Assembly: GCA_050253415.1 (NCBI GenBank)
Contig: JBFWJC010000003.1
Coordinates: forward strand, 192,001-256,000
Direction: 5' to 3'
DNA from: Pedobacter sp.
GTDB lineage: Bacteria; Desulfobacterota; Desulfuromonadia; Desulfuromonadales; Syntrophotaleaceae
DNA: 64,000 bases
Of the stretch, positions 39,593 to 53,861 are shown one piece after another. Below the pieces are notes generated by a model. That model had not been told where the DNA came from, searched no databases, and saw only the letters and a list, made by a program, of their open reading frames with translations. A program made the translations under genes and the position numbers. Each line of letters starts with the position of its first letter. The stretch's first letter is position 1.

Positions 39593-40732
39593 TCAGGGCG
39601 CGGCGGTAAACTGCTCCAGCAGATACAGGAAATTTGCCGTCAGCTGCGGGTGCAGGTCGCGCCCTGCTGATTCCAGTAGAATGGCTGCGCATTGCTCGGC
39701 GGGTTTGGGCGACTTGTAGGGGCGTCTTGTTCGCAGTGCATCGTAGGTATCGGCAATGGTTGTCATCTGGCTACACAGATGTTGGCGCCAATGGCCAGAT
39801 ACGCCAGGATAGCCGCTCAGATCATAACGCAGATGATGTTCGAAGGCGGTTACGATCGCCAGTTGCGGTACTCCCGGACAATCGAGCAAGCGACGCGCTC
39901 CCGTGATGGGATGTTCTTTCATGATGTCCCACTCCGTCTCATCCAATTTTCCCGGTTTATTCAGAATCTCCATGGGGATATAAAGCTTGCCGATGTCATG
40001 CAGCAATGCGGCAATACCGATATCGTGTAATAAGACGCCGTGTATACCGAGGTGCATGGCCTGGGCCAGATTGAGCAGGCACACATTGAGGCCATGGGTG
40101 AATGTGTATTCATCCATGGATCGTAAAGGCATGAGGGCCAGGAGCGACGGGGTTTCGCGATTGAAGGCGTTTATAAATCCGCTGACGATTTCGGCCAGTC
40201 CGGTCATCTTAATGGTTTTTTGGCGACTGAAATCTTGGAAAATTTCAGCCAGACGACCATGGCTGTCGGTCTTTATTGTCTGCAGCGTATCGGTATCGAC
40301 CGGCTGCGATGCATGCGACGGGGTGTTCGACTGCGAGGCGTCATGATTTGCCAGGGTTTCAAATCGGAGGTGGTTAAACGCGGGCTGATGGTAGGCAGGG
40401 CCAACCAGAAACGCTATCAGTTCACCAAGTTCCTCGTTTTCCAGTCCCGGAGATATGATGATCCGGTTAATGCGGTGTTGTTCTATAAGTCGTGCGAATT
40501 TTTGCGTATGAAGTGCCGGGGGCAGGGGGAAATCATCGAAAAGAATTTCCCCTTCAACGATCAGCAGGGATAGAACGCTGCGTCCCTTTAACAGGTTGTC
40601 CAGACAACGCCGCGCAGCGTCGCAGAGCCGTTTGATCTGTGGGTGGTCCAGACTGTACAGCTTGGCATTGGCGGCTGCTGTTACGAGGTGGCGCAGGGCA
40701 TTTTGTAACTCTGCCAGGTCTGCATGCTTCAT
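39593..40732 (-). CDS. HD-GYP domain cyclic-dinucleotide phosphodiesterase
   Basis: YTFTH, LHDIGK, EHP, EHHLRYDLSGYP, IADTYDAL, RPYK. Confidence 0.9.
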   Translation of the reverse strand: MKHADLAELQNALRHLVTAAANAKLYSLDHPQIKRLCDAARRCLDNLLKGRSVLSLLIVEGEILFDDFPLPPALHTQKFARLIEQHRINRIIISPGLENEELGELIAFLVGPAYHQPAFNHLRFETLANHDASQSNTPSHASQPVDTDTLQTIKTDSHGRLAEIFQDFSRQKTIKMTGLAEIVSGFINAFNRETPSLLALMPLRSMDEYTFTHGLNVCLLNLAQAMHLGIHGVLLHDIGIAALLHDIGKLYIPMEILNKPGKLDETEWDIMKEHPITGARRLLDCPGVPQLAIVTAFEHHLRYDLSGYPGVSGHWRQHLCSQMTTIADTYDALRTRRPYKSPKPAEQCAAILLESAGRDLHPQLTANFLYLLEQFTAAP

Positions 40733-42930
40733 GATGCGGTTCCCGGTCTGATAGGCACAGATATGTGACGAAGTTCCGCCAGATCGGGTCGCATGCTGCG
40801 ATCGAGCCGCCGATAAAGTGACTTGGTTGCTTCGTGGGGATAATTTTTAAGACTCGACAGGATCTGTGCCTGCAAGCGTTTGTGGCGACGCGGATGGCAA
40901 ACGCTGAAACTGAAGAGAATTTTTTCCAATGGGTTCAGTGCGATTGGATTACCTATGTCTGCCAGGGTCATAACTACGGCAAGGCGTATGGCTAAACTTT
41001 CGTTGCTGAGACTGGATTGACGTAATAAATCGATAAGTTTTTGAAAAACTTTCATGTCCCGAGAGTGTCGGGCCAGTCCAATGACCCATATAGGCGGCAG
41101 GTCCATGGTGCGGTCTAGTTCCCTGAGAATGGCCGTATCGGCACGGGCATCTTTGAAGTGGAAGGCTGTTTTCAATGCCTCTTGTCGGACTCGTTCATGG
41201 GGATGTTGCAACAGCGGCTCGATGATATCCATTAGATCCGGATCTTCCAGCCCGCGCAACAATACAATAAGGTTTCGAACCATATGCCAGCGTTCATCAG
41301 ACAGGCGACTCAAGACCTCCTGACGAATGATCGGCCCCATATCGCCAAGCAACTTCAGATAGCGGAACCGTACCGAGCGGTCCTGCTCCTCACCAAGCCG
41401 GTCCAGCAGTAACGGAATAAATGGCGCCCCTACCTGAAGCATCAATTCAAAAATTTCCTGACGTTTGACCTGTGGCCACAGGGACAGGCTGTTAATGATT
41501 TCGCGGGTAAATCGGTAGCTGGAAAAGATTGAGAACAGGTGGTCTTTGGCCGATTTTTTCGACGTACTAGTGAGAGAAGCTGCTTGTCTATGCAGATCGA
41601 TCAGAGCGGCAAAGTCGCCTGTGTCGATAAAATGCTGGATAAGGGGTGAAAGGTGGTTGTTCAACCCGGTCTGATATTGGGGGTCTTCAAAATGGTGCAT
41701 CATGTGGCTGATGATGGAGCACAGCCGTCGTTCCATGGTTGGTTCATGAATGCTTTCGGTAAGCCCATCGATGACTTCAGGAGGCAATACCGGTAGCGGT
41801 TGGTGGTTTTGAAATCCACGCAGTAACGATTGATAATCATCCGGCACATATTCATTGGCGTGGTGTTCTGCGAATACCTGTTTGAAGTGCTCGGCGGTGT
41901 ATGGTTCCAGATTGGCGCAATTCGTTTGTATCTGTGCAGCTGCAGACGGTGATCCTGTAGAGCCCAATTGGCTTAGCATCTGCAGGATGAAGGGCGGGAT
42001 ATCGGCTTGCCGTTCATTGAGATCGTTGAGGGTATCCAATAACAGAGTGCTGGGAAATCGACTCAATACGGTTCTTGCCTGAGTTTCATGCATGCCAAGC
42101 ACGGAAACGGTGGACGATAAAAACTGCTGCTTTAATTCAGGTTGTAGTTCATTGACAAATATCCTGAATTTATCCAGCAACTCATCATGCTGTTGGTGGG
42201 ACAGGTTTTCACGGTCCAGATCGCGCAAGAAGCTTGTGATGGCTTTATCGTATTCACCCGTGTCTTGAACGATGCAGTCAGATTTGTCTGCACTTAAAAT
42301 GTCAGCCAACCTTTGCGGTGTTGCGATGGTCTCGGTAGGCCAGTGGCCAGTTTGGGGGTCATGAGTGGACGCAAGCAAGGTGCCCACGAAGCGATCCCAT
42401 GGCTTCACGGGATTGCGTTTTGTGGCCCGTTCTTTGTCCGCTTGTTGTGAAATGCCCGTGGTACGAAACTGATTGTGAGCGAGCGGAGTAAGTTTGGCGT
42501 GGCTGATGTTGGCAGCGTTAGCCGCCTCGACAATGCCGCCTTGAGCTAGGATATCTTCTGGTTTGCTGGCAATAAGTCTACATAAAGTGCAAAGTTCCTC
42601 AGTACTCAGGTCAACATGAATCGTCAGGGCCACTATCCCATGTGAAAACAAGGCGCGAGCGTACTCGCGATATACCGGATTTTTTGGATCCAACGGCATT
42701 GCACCGAGCATCAGTCGATCTCTGGCTACTCCGATGGTGATTTGTGCGGTAGTGGCTTTAAGGTTTGCAAGAACTTTGAGGGTTCTGTCGGCGGCCACAA
42801 GGATGACCTGATGTCCAGGCGGGTAAGCATTGACCTGCCTGCGGACAATATTCAACTGGTAGATAAGGTTGGATAATTGTTTGGTATCCAATTGGGGCGC
42901 GGCAGAATGGTTAGACGTTTCACAAGCCAA
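40729..42930 (-). CDS. HEAT repeat-containing protein
   Basis: C-terminal HEAT-like units (LSDERWHMVRN, LLQHPHERVRQEAL); TTG start after GGGGG; 4-nt overlap with the HD-GYP gene. Confidence 0.75.
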   Translation of the reverse strand: MACETSNHSAAPQLDTKQLSNLIYQLNIVRRQVNAYPPGHQVILVAADRTLKVLANLKATTAQITIGVARDRLMLGAMPLDPKNPVYREYARALFSHGIVALTIHVDLSTEELCTLCRLIASKPEDILAQGGIVEAANAANISHAKLTPLAHNQFRTTGISQQADKERATKRNPVKPWDRFVGTLLASTHDPQTGHWPTETIATPQRLADILSADKSDCIVQDTGEYDKAITSFLRDLDRENLSHQQHDELLDKFRIFVNELQPELKQQFLSSTVSVLGMHETQARTVLSRFPSTLLLDTLNDLNERQADIPPFILQMLSQLGSTGSPSAAAQIQTNCANLEPYTAEHFKQVFAEHHANEYVPDDYQSLLRGFQNHQPLPVLPPEVIDGLTESIHEPTMERRLCSIISHMMHHFEDPQYQTGLNNHLSPLIQHFIDTGDFAALIDLHRQAASLTSTSKKSAKDHLFSIFSSYRFTREIINSLSLWPQVKRQEIFELMLQVGAPFIPLLLDRLGEEQDRSVRFRYLKLLGDMGPIIRQEVLSRLSDERWHMVRNLIVLLRGLEDPDLMDIIEPLLQHPHERVRQEALKTAFHFKDARADTAILRELDRTMDLPPIWVIGLARHSRDMKVFQKLIDLLRQSSLSNESLAIRLAVVMTLADIGNPIALNPLEKILFSFSVCHPRRHKRLQAQILSSLKNYPHEATKSLYRRLDRSMRPDLAELRHISVPIRPGTAS

Positions 42931-42999
42931 ACAGTACCCCCACTTTTTAACCGGTGACGGAGACCGATAAAGAAAATCCGCTGTCGATAGGTCTTGTTC

Positions 43000-44382
43000 C
43001 TAAATACTAAGCCGTTTGATTTTTTCAACCAATGTGGTGCGCTTGATATTCAACAACTCTGCGGCGCGGGCCTTAACACCACCGCTAAGTTCCATGGCGG
43101 CCTTTATCATGCATCGCTCGATTCCTGAAATAATCTGGGGCATGTCCAGGCCTGCTTCGGTGAGGCGCGGGCAGGAAATCTGTGGTTCTTCATCTTCGCG
43201 ACAGGAACCGCTGATATTGGTGGGTAAATCACTCCTGCCAATAGCTGATCCTTCTGTCAGAGTCACGGTTCTCTCAATGACGTTTTCCAGTTCGCGCACA
43301 TTTCCGGGCCAATGATAATTTTCCAGGCAAATCATGGCGGCAGGTGTGATGGAAAGGAGCGGTCGTTTCATTTCGCTGCAGATTTTCTGAAGAAAATAAC
43401 GGGATAGCAGGGCGATATCCTCGCGTCTTTCCCGAAGGGGCGGTAGCGGGATGGGGATCACGTTCAAGCGATAGTAGAGATCTTTACGAAAGCGGCCCTG
43501 TTCGACCTCTTCTTCAAGATCGACGTTGGTGGCGGAAATCACACGTACGTCCAGCTTTATTTTCTTGGAGGAACCGACTTTCTCTACCTCCTGTTCCTGC
43601 AATACCCGCAACAGTTTCATCTGCAGGTGCAAAGGCATGGTGCCAATTTCATCAAGGAAAATGGTGCCCTGATGCGCCTGCTGGAATTTCCCCATTTTAT
43701 CTGCGACTGCCCCTGTGAACGCCCCTCTTATGTGGCCAAAGAGTTCACTTTCCAGCAGTTCTGCGGGGATTGCCCCACAGTTAATCGCTACGAACGGTTT
43801 TTCCTTGCGGTGGCCGTTGTAGTGAATGGCTTTGGCGACCAGTTCCTTGCCGGTGCCGGATTCTCCCAGGATAAGGATGGTCGAGTCGGTATTGACGATT
43901 TTTTCCATGCGGGAAAACACATGCTGCATGGGTAGGCTGTTGCCGATCATGTTGTCAAACCGGTATTTACCTCGCAGTTGCTGACGTAAATAGAGGTTTT
44001 CCGCTACCAGGCGACTTTTTTCCAGCGCCTTGCCAATGATGACCTGCAGCTTTTCGAAATGCAAAGGCTTGGTAATATAGTCAAAGGCGCCTTCTTTCAT
44101 GGCTTCAACAGCCGATTCGGCGGAAGCTTTACCGGTAATCAGAATGACATTGGTAAAAGGCCACTGTTCCTTGACCCGTTTCAATATTTCAATACCGCTT
44201 ACCCCGGGGAGGAACAGGTCCGTAAGGATGACCTCAAAAGGAGTTTTTGCCAGTATCTCGAGAGCTTTTTCACCTGTTTCGGCGGTGGTGACATCATAGC
44301 CGGCGCTTTCGAGCAGCAGGGTGATCGCCTCGCGATTGGCAGCTTCATCTTCAATAACCAGAATCTGTGATATGTTTTTCAT
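43000..44382 (-). CDS. Sigma54-dependent response regulator (NtrC family, REC-AAA+-HTH)
   Basis: REC with ED / D / KP; GESGTGKE; GAFTGA; WPGNVRELEN; C-terminal Fis-type HTH. Confidence 0.96.
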   Translation of the reverse strand: MKNISQILVIEDEAANREAITLLLESAGYDVTTAETGEKALEILAKTPFEVILTDLFLPGVSGIEILKRVKEQWPFTNVILITGKASAESAVEAMKEGAFDYITKPLHFEKLQVIIGKALEKSRLVAENLYLRQQLRGKYRFDNMIGNSLPMQHVFSRMEKIVNTDSTILILGESGTGKELVAKAIHYNGHRKEKPFVAINCGAIPAELLESELFGHIRGAFTGAVADKMGKFQQAHQGTIFLDEIGTMPLHLQMKLLRVLQEQEVEKVGSSKKIKLDVRVISATNVDLEEEVEQGRFRKDLYYRLNVIPIPLPPLRERREDIALLSRYFLQKICSEMKRPLLSITPAAMICLENYHWPGNVRELENVIERTVTLTEGSAIGRSDLPTNISGSCREDEEPQISCPRLTEAGLDMPQIISGIERCMIKAAMELSGGVKARAAELLNIKRTTLVEKIKRLSI

Positions 44383-44497
44383 GGTGGCGCCTACAGAAAA
44401 GGGTTGGTTTGTCATTCGATTGACGGTATAGTAGGAAGCTACCACGTCTCAAAGGTCTTCGCAAGACCTAGCGTTAAAAAAATGGCGCAAAAGGAAG

Positions 44498-45913
44498 GTG
44501 GTTGTTCAAATGTTTGACGCTTTGGGTTTTTATAAGGTTTTTATACGCCGACTCAGTGCGGTTTTGGTGCTGATCTCTCTTGGAATATTTCTGTTCGCTC
44601 ACCGAGAGGCATTCGGCCTGACGCAGGATCGTCCTTATATCGGTGCCGTGCGTATATCAGGGCCTATTAATCCTGTTGTTGCTGAATTTGTAACGGAACA
44701 ACTCGTTCGCGTCAACCGTGAAAATGCGGTGGCCTTCCTGGTGGAACTTGATACGCCTGGTGGTCTGGACACTTCCATGCGCCAGATTATTAAGGGCATC
44801 CTCGGGTCGGATATACCTGTGGTGATCTATATAGCGCCTTCCGGAGCACGCGGCGCATCGGCCGGGGCGCTGATTACTCTGGCCGCTGATTTTGCTGTAA
44901 TGGCTCCCGGTACCAACATAGGCGCCGCCCACCCCGTGTCCATTGGAGGCGGGCAGAAGGTCCCTGATGACGTTATGATGAACAAGGTGGTGGAAGATGC
45001 CGCCGCATACGCGCGCAGTCTGGCGGCCCGCAGGGGGCGCAATCAAGACTGGGCTGAAAAGATGGTACGCGATAGCGTTTCGATTTCTGCGGATGAAGCG
45101 TTGAAACGCGGGGTCATCGACCTGATAGCAGAAGATGTGCCGGATCTTTTGCAAAAGCTTGACGGTCGTAAGTATTTCCGCGCAGACCAGGAGAAAGTGC
45201 TGATCTGTCGCGATGCCACGGTGGAGATTGCCACGATGGATTGGCGGCAGAAGATCCTCAACGCGATCAGCGATCCTAATGTTGCCTATATGCTGCTCAT
45301 GCTGGGCATGCTCGGTTTGTTCTTTGAGATTTCCCAACCCGGGGTGGTGTTACCGGGAGCCGTCGGGGCCATTGCTTTACTGCTTGCCTTGTTTGCCTTT
45401 CAGACCTTGCCTGTCAACTATGTCGGCATGCTACTGATTCTACTGGCGCTGGTGCTTTTTGTTTTGGAAGTCAAAGTGACGTCTTATGGCATGCTTACGA
45501 TAGGAGGCATGGTCAGTATGACTTTCGGCTCTCTGATGCTGTTTGAAGACTCGGCGCCGTTTCTCCAGCTTTCAAGGGCGGTTATTGCCAGTACGGTATT
45601 GGTTACCACCGGCTTTTGTCTGCTTGTGCTCTACTTTGTTGTGCGGACGCAACGTCGAAAATTCGTATCCGGCCGAGAAGGTATGGCAGGGCTGACCGGT
45701 GAGGCGCTTACCGAGGTGCATCGCAGTGGCCAGGTTTTTGTCCGCGGCGAATATTGGACGGCCTTTTCCGTCGAACCGATTGCGGCCGGAGAGGTCATCG
45801 AGGTGGTGCGTCTGGCGGATGACATGCGCCTGGAGGTACGCCGGTCCATGGTGGATGACTCCGAACGCTCCACAATACTAACGTCAGGTTCCGACAAGGA
45901 GGTTGGCAAATGA
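44498..45913 (+). CDS. NfeD family membrane-bound serine protease (long form)
   Basis: [21 protein letters not shown] region; C-terminal OB-like GEYWTA. Confidence 0.93.
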   Translation: MVVQMFDALGFYKVFIRRLSAVLVLISLGIFLFAHREAFGLTQDRPYIGAVRISGPINPVVAEFVTEQLVRVNRENAVAFLVELDTPGGLDTSMRQIIKGILGSDIPVVIYIAPSGARGASAGALITLAADFAVMAPGTNIGAAHPVSIGGGQKVPDDVMMNKVVEDAAAYARSLAARRGRNQDWAEKMVRDSVSISADEALKRGVIDLIAEDVPDLLQKLDGRKYFRADQEKVLICRDATVEIATMDWRQKILNAISDPNVAYMLLMLGMLGLFFEISQPGVVLPGAVGAIALLLALFAFQTLPVNYVGMLLILLALVLFVLEVKVTSYGMLTIGGMVSMTFGSLMLFEDSAPFLQLSRAVIASTVLVTTGFCLLVLYFVVRTQRRKFVSGREGMAGLTGEALTEVHRSGQVFVRGEYWTAFSVEPIAAGEVIEVVRLADDMRLEVRRSMVDDSERSTILTSGSDKEVGK

Positions 45914-46659
45914 TTTATCCCGTTATCATTCTGGTGTTGTTGGCTTTAATCCTTTCCAGTGCCATTAAGGTGATCTATGAATACGAACGTGGCGTGGTGT
46001 TTCGCCTTGGGCGTTTCAGTGGAGTGAAAGGACCCGGTTTGCGGTTCATTATCCCGGTGGTTGACAGGTTGATGAAAATCAGTCTGCGTACGGTGGCTAT
46101 GGACGTCCCGCCACAGGATGTAATCACCAAGGATAATGTGTCGATCAAGGTCAATGCCGTTATTTATTTCCGTGTCGTTCATCCGGAAAAATCGATTATT
46201 GAGGTGGAAAATTACCTTTACGCCACCAGCCAATTGGCTCAGACCTCATTACGCAGCGTTTTGGGACAATCCGAATTGGATGAATTGCTCGCCCATCGCG
46301 ACAGTATCAACCGCCATCTGCAGGAAATTCTGGATCGCCAGACCGATCCCTGGGGCGTCAAGGTCTCCAATGTGGAGATTAAGCATGTGGACCTTCCGGT
46401 TGAAATGCAACGCGCCATGGCCCGGCAGGCTGAAGCTGAACGTGAGCGACGCTCTAAGGTTATCCATGCCGAAGGAGAATATCAGGCCGCTCAAAAACTT
46501 ACCGATGCCGCTGAAATTATCGCATCGCAACCGGGCGCCCTGCAGTTGCGCTACCTGCAGACTTTGACCGAAGTTGCGACGGAAAACAGTTCGACAGTGA
46601 TTTTTCCGTTCCCATTGGACCTGGTTAAACCTTTTTTGGGGTTACAGGAAAAGAATTAA
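45910..46659 (+). CDS. SPFH/band-7 (stomatin-like) protein
   Basis: [41 protein letters not shown]. Confidence 0.95.
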   Translation: MIYPVIILVLLALILSSAIKVIYEYERGVVFRLGRFSGVKGPGLRFIIPVVDRLMKISLRTVAMDVPPQDVITKDNVSIKVNAVIYFRVVHPEKSIIEVENYLYATSQLAQTSLRSVLGQSELDELLAHRDSINRHLQEILDRQTDPWGVKVSNVEIKHVDLPVEMQRAMARQAEAERERRSKVIHAEGEYQAAQKLTDAAEIIASQPGALQLRYLQTLTEVATENSSTVIFPFPLDLVKPFLGLQEKN

Positions 46660-46843
46660 CCCTGTTCGCCCGGAAAACGAAACCTTTCAGGCCAGGTATT
46701 TATTTGTATTGTTGCCGGTTGGGTAGCTCTGTGGGTATTGATTATTGTGCTGTTTGCTTAATAAAGAGAATATTGATTTGGGCCTACGATTTTGGTAAAG
46801 TGCCCGGTCAGTCCAAACACCTAGCAACTGGGAGGTTTGTTTC

Positions 46844-50290
<3,447 letters not shown>

Positions 50291-50309
50291 ACGCGAAACT
50301 ATACGAAAT

Positions 50310-50346
50310 AAAGCGCCGAACCTTCATGGTACGGCGCTTTTTTTTT
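50310..50346. terminator. Rho-independent terminator after pyc
   Basis: AAAGCGCCG...CGGCGC followed by T9. Confidence 0.85.
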
Positions 50347-50401
50347 AAAAAAATAAAGAGAATGGGTCGGCGAGGTTTGTTCCGGCATGGTAAGAAGGGT
50401 G

Positions 50402-51355
50402 TCAGTTCGGAACCAATCCCATCAGGCCTAATAGCGTAAGGAGGCCTGTGAAGCTGATGGCTGAAAAAAGAGTCGATAGAATGATGATGGAACTGGCCAG
50501 GCGGGGGTTGCCGTTGAGTTCGTGGGCCAGAACATAACTGGCTGCTGCTGTTGGGGTCCCCGCCAGCAGCACGGCAATACCGAGATCCATGCCATGAATC
50601 CCCAGTAGGGAAATGATCAGCAGATTCAGCAGGGGAAAGACGGTCAGCTTGAACAGCGATGCGAGGGCGGCTTTTTTTAAATCTCCTTGTAACTGCTGCA
50701 GGGAAAAAGCGCCACCGATGGTTATCAATGCCAGCGGAAGGGTAGCCGCCGTAACCATGTGCAGGGTGTTCCCGGCTATGCCGGGCATGGGTAGGCCGGT
50801 CAGGTTCCACAGGATACCTGCCATGGCGCCGATAATGAGGGGGTTGTAGAGCAATTGGTCCCGAATTAATTGCCAGTGCCTTGTCGGATGCCGGTGACGC
50901 TGCGGAATGATATGCACCAGGATGGACCACAGGTTGATGATCGGGACCAGGCAACCCATGAGAAGTCCGGCCCTTGTAAAGCCGGCATCGCCGTAAGCAC
51001 TCAGTACAATGGGTAGTCCCACGTAAGCCAGATTGCCACGGAAGCCGCCCTGGCTGAATGTCCCGCGGTCCTCCGGGGGATAGCCGAGCAGGTAGCTCGA
51101 TGTGTAGCAGATCACGGCGCCGGCGCTCAGGGTAGCGATCATGCCCAGGGTAAGTTTAAGGTTGAAGCTGGTCGCAAAATCGGCAGTGCCGATTTTGTAA
51201 AACAACAAAAGAGGCAAAAGTGCATAATAAATCAAGCGGTTGGTTTGCCTGATAAATTCCTGATTGATGAGCCCGGTGCGGCGCAACAGTGTACCGAGAG
51301 TCATGACTGCAAATACAGGCAGGACAATTCCCAGTGTCGTAAAAAAAGGCTGCAT
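50402..51355 (-). CDS. AEC (auxin efflux carrier) family transporter
   Basis: About 10 hydrophobic segments; GNLAYVGLP, NPLI, PTA motifs. Confidence 0.88.
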   Translation of the reverse strand: MQPFFTTLGIVLPVFAVMTLGTLLRRTGLINQEFIRQTNRLIYYALLPLLLFYKIGTADFATSFNLKLTLGMIATLSAGAVICYTSSYLLGYPPEDRGTFSQGGFRGNLAYVGLPIVLSAYGDAGFTRAGLLMGCLVPIINLWSILVHIIPQRHRHPTRHWQLIRDQLLYNPLIIGAMAGILWNLTGLPMPGIAGNTLHMVTAATLPLALITIGGAFSLQQLQGDLKKAALASLFKLTVFPLLNLLIISLLGIHGMDLGIAVLLAGTPTAAASYVLAHELNGNPRLASSIIILSTLFSAISFTGLLTLLGLMGLVPN

Positions 51356-51475
51356 AACAATTCTCCCGCTGATACACTGCGACCATACATCTGTGGGCCA
51401 GGGGTTGGCAACGGTCTTTTTATAGAAGTATTATAGGGGGTGTATGTGGGCGGATTGCTGGTAAACGGCGAAACA

Positions 51476-51895
51476 ATGCGGGTTTATGGGGAAGAGCAGT
51501 TTGTCATGGACGGCTGGATTGACCTCGCACCTTTTGAACAATTGCTAGGTATGTGCATCGTTGAAGCCGTTGATGGGCGTGCAGTCCTGACCATGCCTTT
51601 CACTGTAAAACTCTGCCAGGGTGGCGGTTTTATGCATGGTGGCGCCTTGACCGCCTTGGCGGATACGGCTGCTGCCATGGCAGTTAAAACCCGGTTGTCC
51701 GCATCGACGCCTTTCGCCACGCGCGATCTTAGTATAAGATTTTTTGCGCCGGTCCGTCAGGGTATTGTAACGGCCACGGCTATACTGGAGCAGGTTGACG
51801 AACGCAGATTCTCTATCCATGTTGGTCTTACGGACAGCGAGGATGTCAAGGTAGCCGAATTTTTAGCTGATTTTCGTTTACTGCGGGGCACGTGA
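51476..51895 (+). CDS. PaaI family thioesterase (hotdog fold)
   Basis: PFEQLLG, HGGALTALAD; start codon uncertain. Confidence 0.85.
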   Translation: MRVYGEEQFVMDGWIDLAPFEQLLGMCIVEAVDGRAVLTMPFTVKLCQGGGFMHGGALTALADTAAAMAVKTRLSASTPFATRDLSIRFFAPVRQGIVTATAILEQVDERRFSIHVGLTDSEDVKVAEFLADFRLLRGT

Positions 51896-52002
51896 CCTGG
51901 AGTTTCCGGATATTGGTCAATCTTGACTTTTGGGTAGTGGTTGGTACCGTGGCATAAGTGTGATGATACGAATAGTTTTGTCCCCTCAAAAAGGAGGCCA
52001 TT

Positions 52003-52557
52003 ATGTGTAGAAAACCCGTCATACCTGTCTTTATCCTCGGTGTGGTGCTGCTTTGTTGCACTCTGGCCTTCGGTGCTGGACGCAGAGATAAAAGTCCACC
52101 GGAGGGCGTGATAGAAATCGGATCCCCAGCTCCGAATTTCACATTGCGGGATCTTGAAGGGGAGGCTATTTCCCTTCAGAGTATGCGCGGCAAGGTGGTG
52201 ATCCTGACTTTCTGGGCGACTTGGTGCCCCGCATGCCGATCGGAACTGCCTTCGCTCAACGAAACAAACCGCCGCCTGGCTCGCCAGGGGGTTGTTGTTC
52301 TTGGCATTAACGGCGGCGAACCCACTGCACGGGTTAAATCATTCATGGTAAAGGAGAATCTCGATTTTCCCGTCCTCATGGATGAATCGGGTGATGTTCA
52401 CGCCCTGTATCAGGTTCGACAATATCCCACTACATTTATTATCGATCGGCAAGGACGGCTGGTTGATCGACATATTGGATTACGCGACTGGAATGCTCCG
52501 AAGGAAAGGGAAGCACTCCGATCACTGATTGGGAACGCACTTGAGGAGAAGCCCTAA
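52003..52557 (+). CDS. TlpA/ResA family thiol-disulfide oxidoreductase
   Basis: N-terminal signal/TM; FWATWCPAC; YPTTFIID; AAGGAGG RBS. Confidence 0.92.
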   Translation: MCRKPVIPVFILGVVLLCCTLAFGAGRRDKSPPEGVIEIGSPAPNFTLRDLEGEAISLQSMRGKVVILTFWATWCPACRSELPSLNETNRRLARQGVVVLGINGGEPTARVKSFMVKENLDFPVLMDESGDVHALYQVRQYPTTFIIDRQGRLVDRHIGLRDWNAPKEREALRSLIGNALEEKP

Positions 52558-53291
52558 TGCCTGGACAAGAAATCACCCTGTGGATAGCTTTTACAGCCGG
52601 TCTGGCCTCTTTTGTTTCACCGTGCGTACTACCGCTGATCCCCTCGTTTATCACCTATATCACTGGTTTAAGTTTTCAGCAGTTGCAGGATGCGCATCCT
52701 TGCGGGCGCATCCGTTTGCGAGTGGCGGTGCACTGTCTGTTGTTTATCGCCGGGTTTTCCCTGGTGTATACAGCCATGGGTGTTGTGGCCGGAAGTCTGT
52801 TTAATCTTCTCAGTGAAGGATTATGGTGGGTTCAGAAGATCGGTGGCGTCTTGATTTTCCTGTTCGGGGTGCATCTGACCGGACTGTTTCATTTTGGGAT
52901 TCTGTTGGGTGAGAAGCGTTTACACATCCATGATAAGCCAGCGGGGTATATCGGTTCATTTTTGGTGGGACTGGTTTTTTCTGCCGGTTGGACCCCTTGT
53001 ACGGGACCCATTCTTGGGGCGGTATTGACCATGGCGGCCGGTTCATCAGGGGGATCCGTCCGGGGCGGGATATTGCTGGCGACCTATTCGGCCGGACTGG
53101 GGCTGCCTTTTTTGATCTCCGGTCTGCTGTTTCATGGGTTCCTCGGTTTTTTTAACAGGTTTCGCAAGTATATCCGTATGGCCGAATTGGGCACTGGCAT
53201 TATGCTCATGATCGTAGGGGTTATGCTGTTTTTCAACTGGCTAAGCGTCCTTACCGGTTACCTTTATCAGTGGATGCCGGTCGCAGGTTGA
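52557..53291 (+). CDS. ccdA: Cytochrome c biogenesis protein CcdA
   Basis: SPCVLP and WTPCTGP; hydrophobic; TAATG coupling to the TlpA gene. Confidence 0.93.
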   Translation: MPGQEITLWIAFTAGLASFVSPCVLPLIPSFITYITGLSFQQLQDAHPCGRIRLRVAVHCLLFIAGFSLVYTAMGVVAGSLFNLLSEGLWWVQKIGGVLIFLFGVHLTGLFHFGILLGEKRLHIHDKPAGYIGSFLVGLVFSAGWTPCTGPILGAVLTMAAGSSGGSVRGGILLATYSAGLGLPFLISGLLFHGFLGFFNRFRKYIRMAELGTGIMLMIVGVMLFFNWLSVLTGYLYQWMPVAG

Positions 53292-53307
53292 GGGGGCGGC
53301 TTACCGC

Positions 53308-53353
53308 TTGACACCTGTATGTTGACTCTGATAATTTGATAATCAATTTCATT
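53308..53353 (+). promoter_or_regulatory. Sigma70 promoter with adjoining Fur box upstream of fur
   Basis: TTGACA(53308)-N16-GATAAT; imperfect 19-bp palindrome TTTGATAATCAATTTCATT at 53335-53353. Confidence 0.72.
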
Positions 53354-53362
53354 GGAGGGGGC

Positions 53363-53794
53363 ATGGCCGAAAAACGCGAAATATTCCGCAAATATATCAC
53401 CCAGCAAGGGTTGAAACTTACGCGGCAACGTGAAGTTATTCTCGATGAGTTTCTTCGAACAGCAGCACATTTGTCGACCGAGGACCTTTATCTGAAGGTT
53501 CGCAAAAAGCATCCCCATATCGGGTACGCCACCGTTTATCGGACGCTTAAACTGCTCGCTGAATGCGGTTTGGCGAAAGAACGCGATTTTGGCGCGGGGC
53601 AGACCCTGTACGAAGCCTCTGGCAGGGGACAGCATCATGACCACCTGATCTGCACGGAATGCGGCAACATCATTGAATTTGAGGATGCACGTATCGAAGA
53701 ATTGCAGAAACTGGTGGCTCAGGAGCACGAATTCACTATACGCGATCACCGTTTAGAGATTTACGGTCGCTGCTCCAAATGTTCCTCCTCTTAA
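53363..53794 (+). CDS. fur: Ferric uptake regulator
   Basis: LTRQR, ATVYRTL, HHDHLICTECG, C-terminal CxxC. Confidence 0.96.
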   Translation: MAEKREIFRKYITQQGLKLTRQREVILDEFLRTAAHLSTEDLYLKVRKKHPHIGYATVYRTLKLLAECGLAKERDFGAGQTLYEASGRGQHHDHLICTECGNIIEFEDARIEELQKLVAQEHEFTIRDHRLEIYGRCSKCSSS

Positions 53795-53861
53795 ATAATA
53801 TCCATGCGACAGCGGATGTTTCTTTAATTCTTATCAGCAATCTATACCGGAAGTTTCTGTC

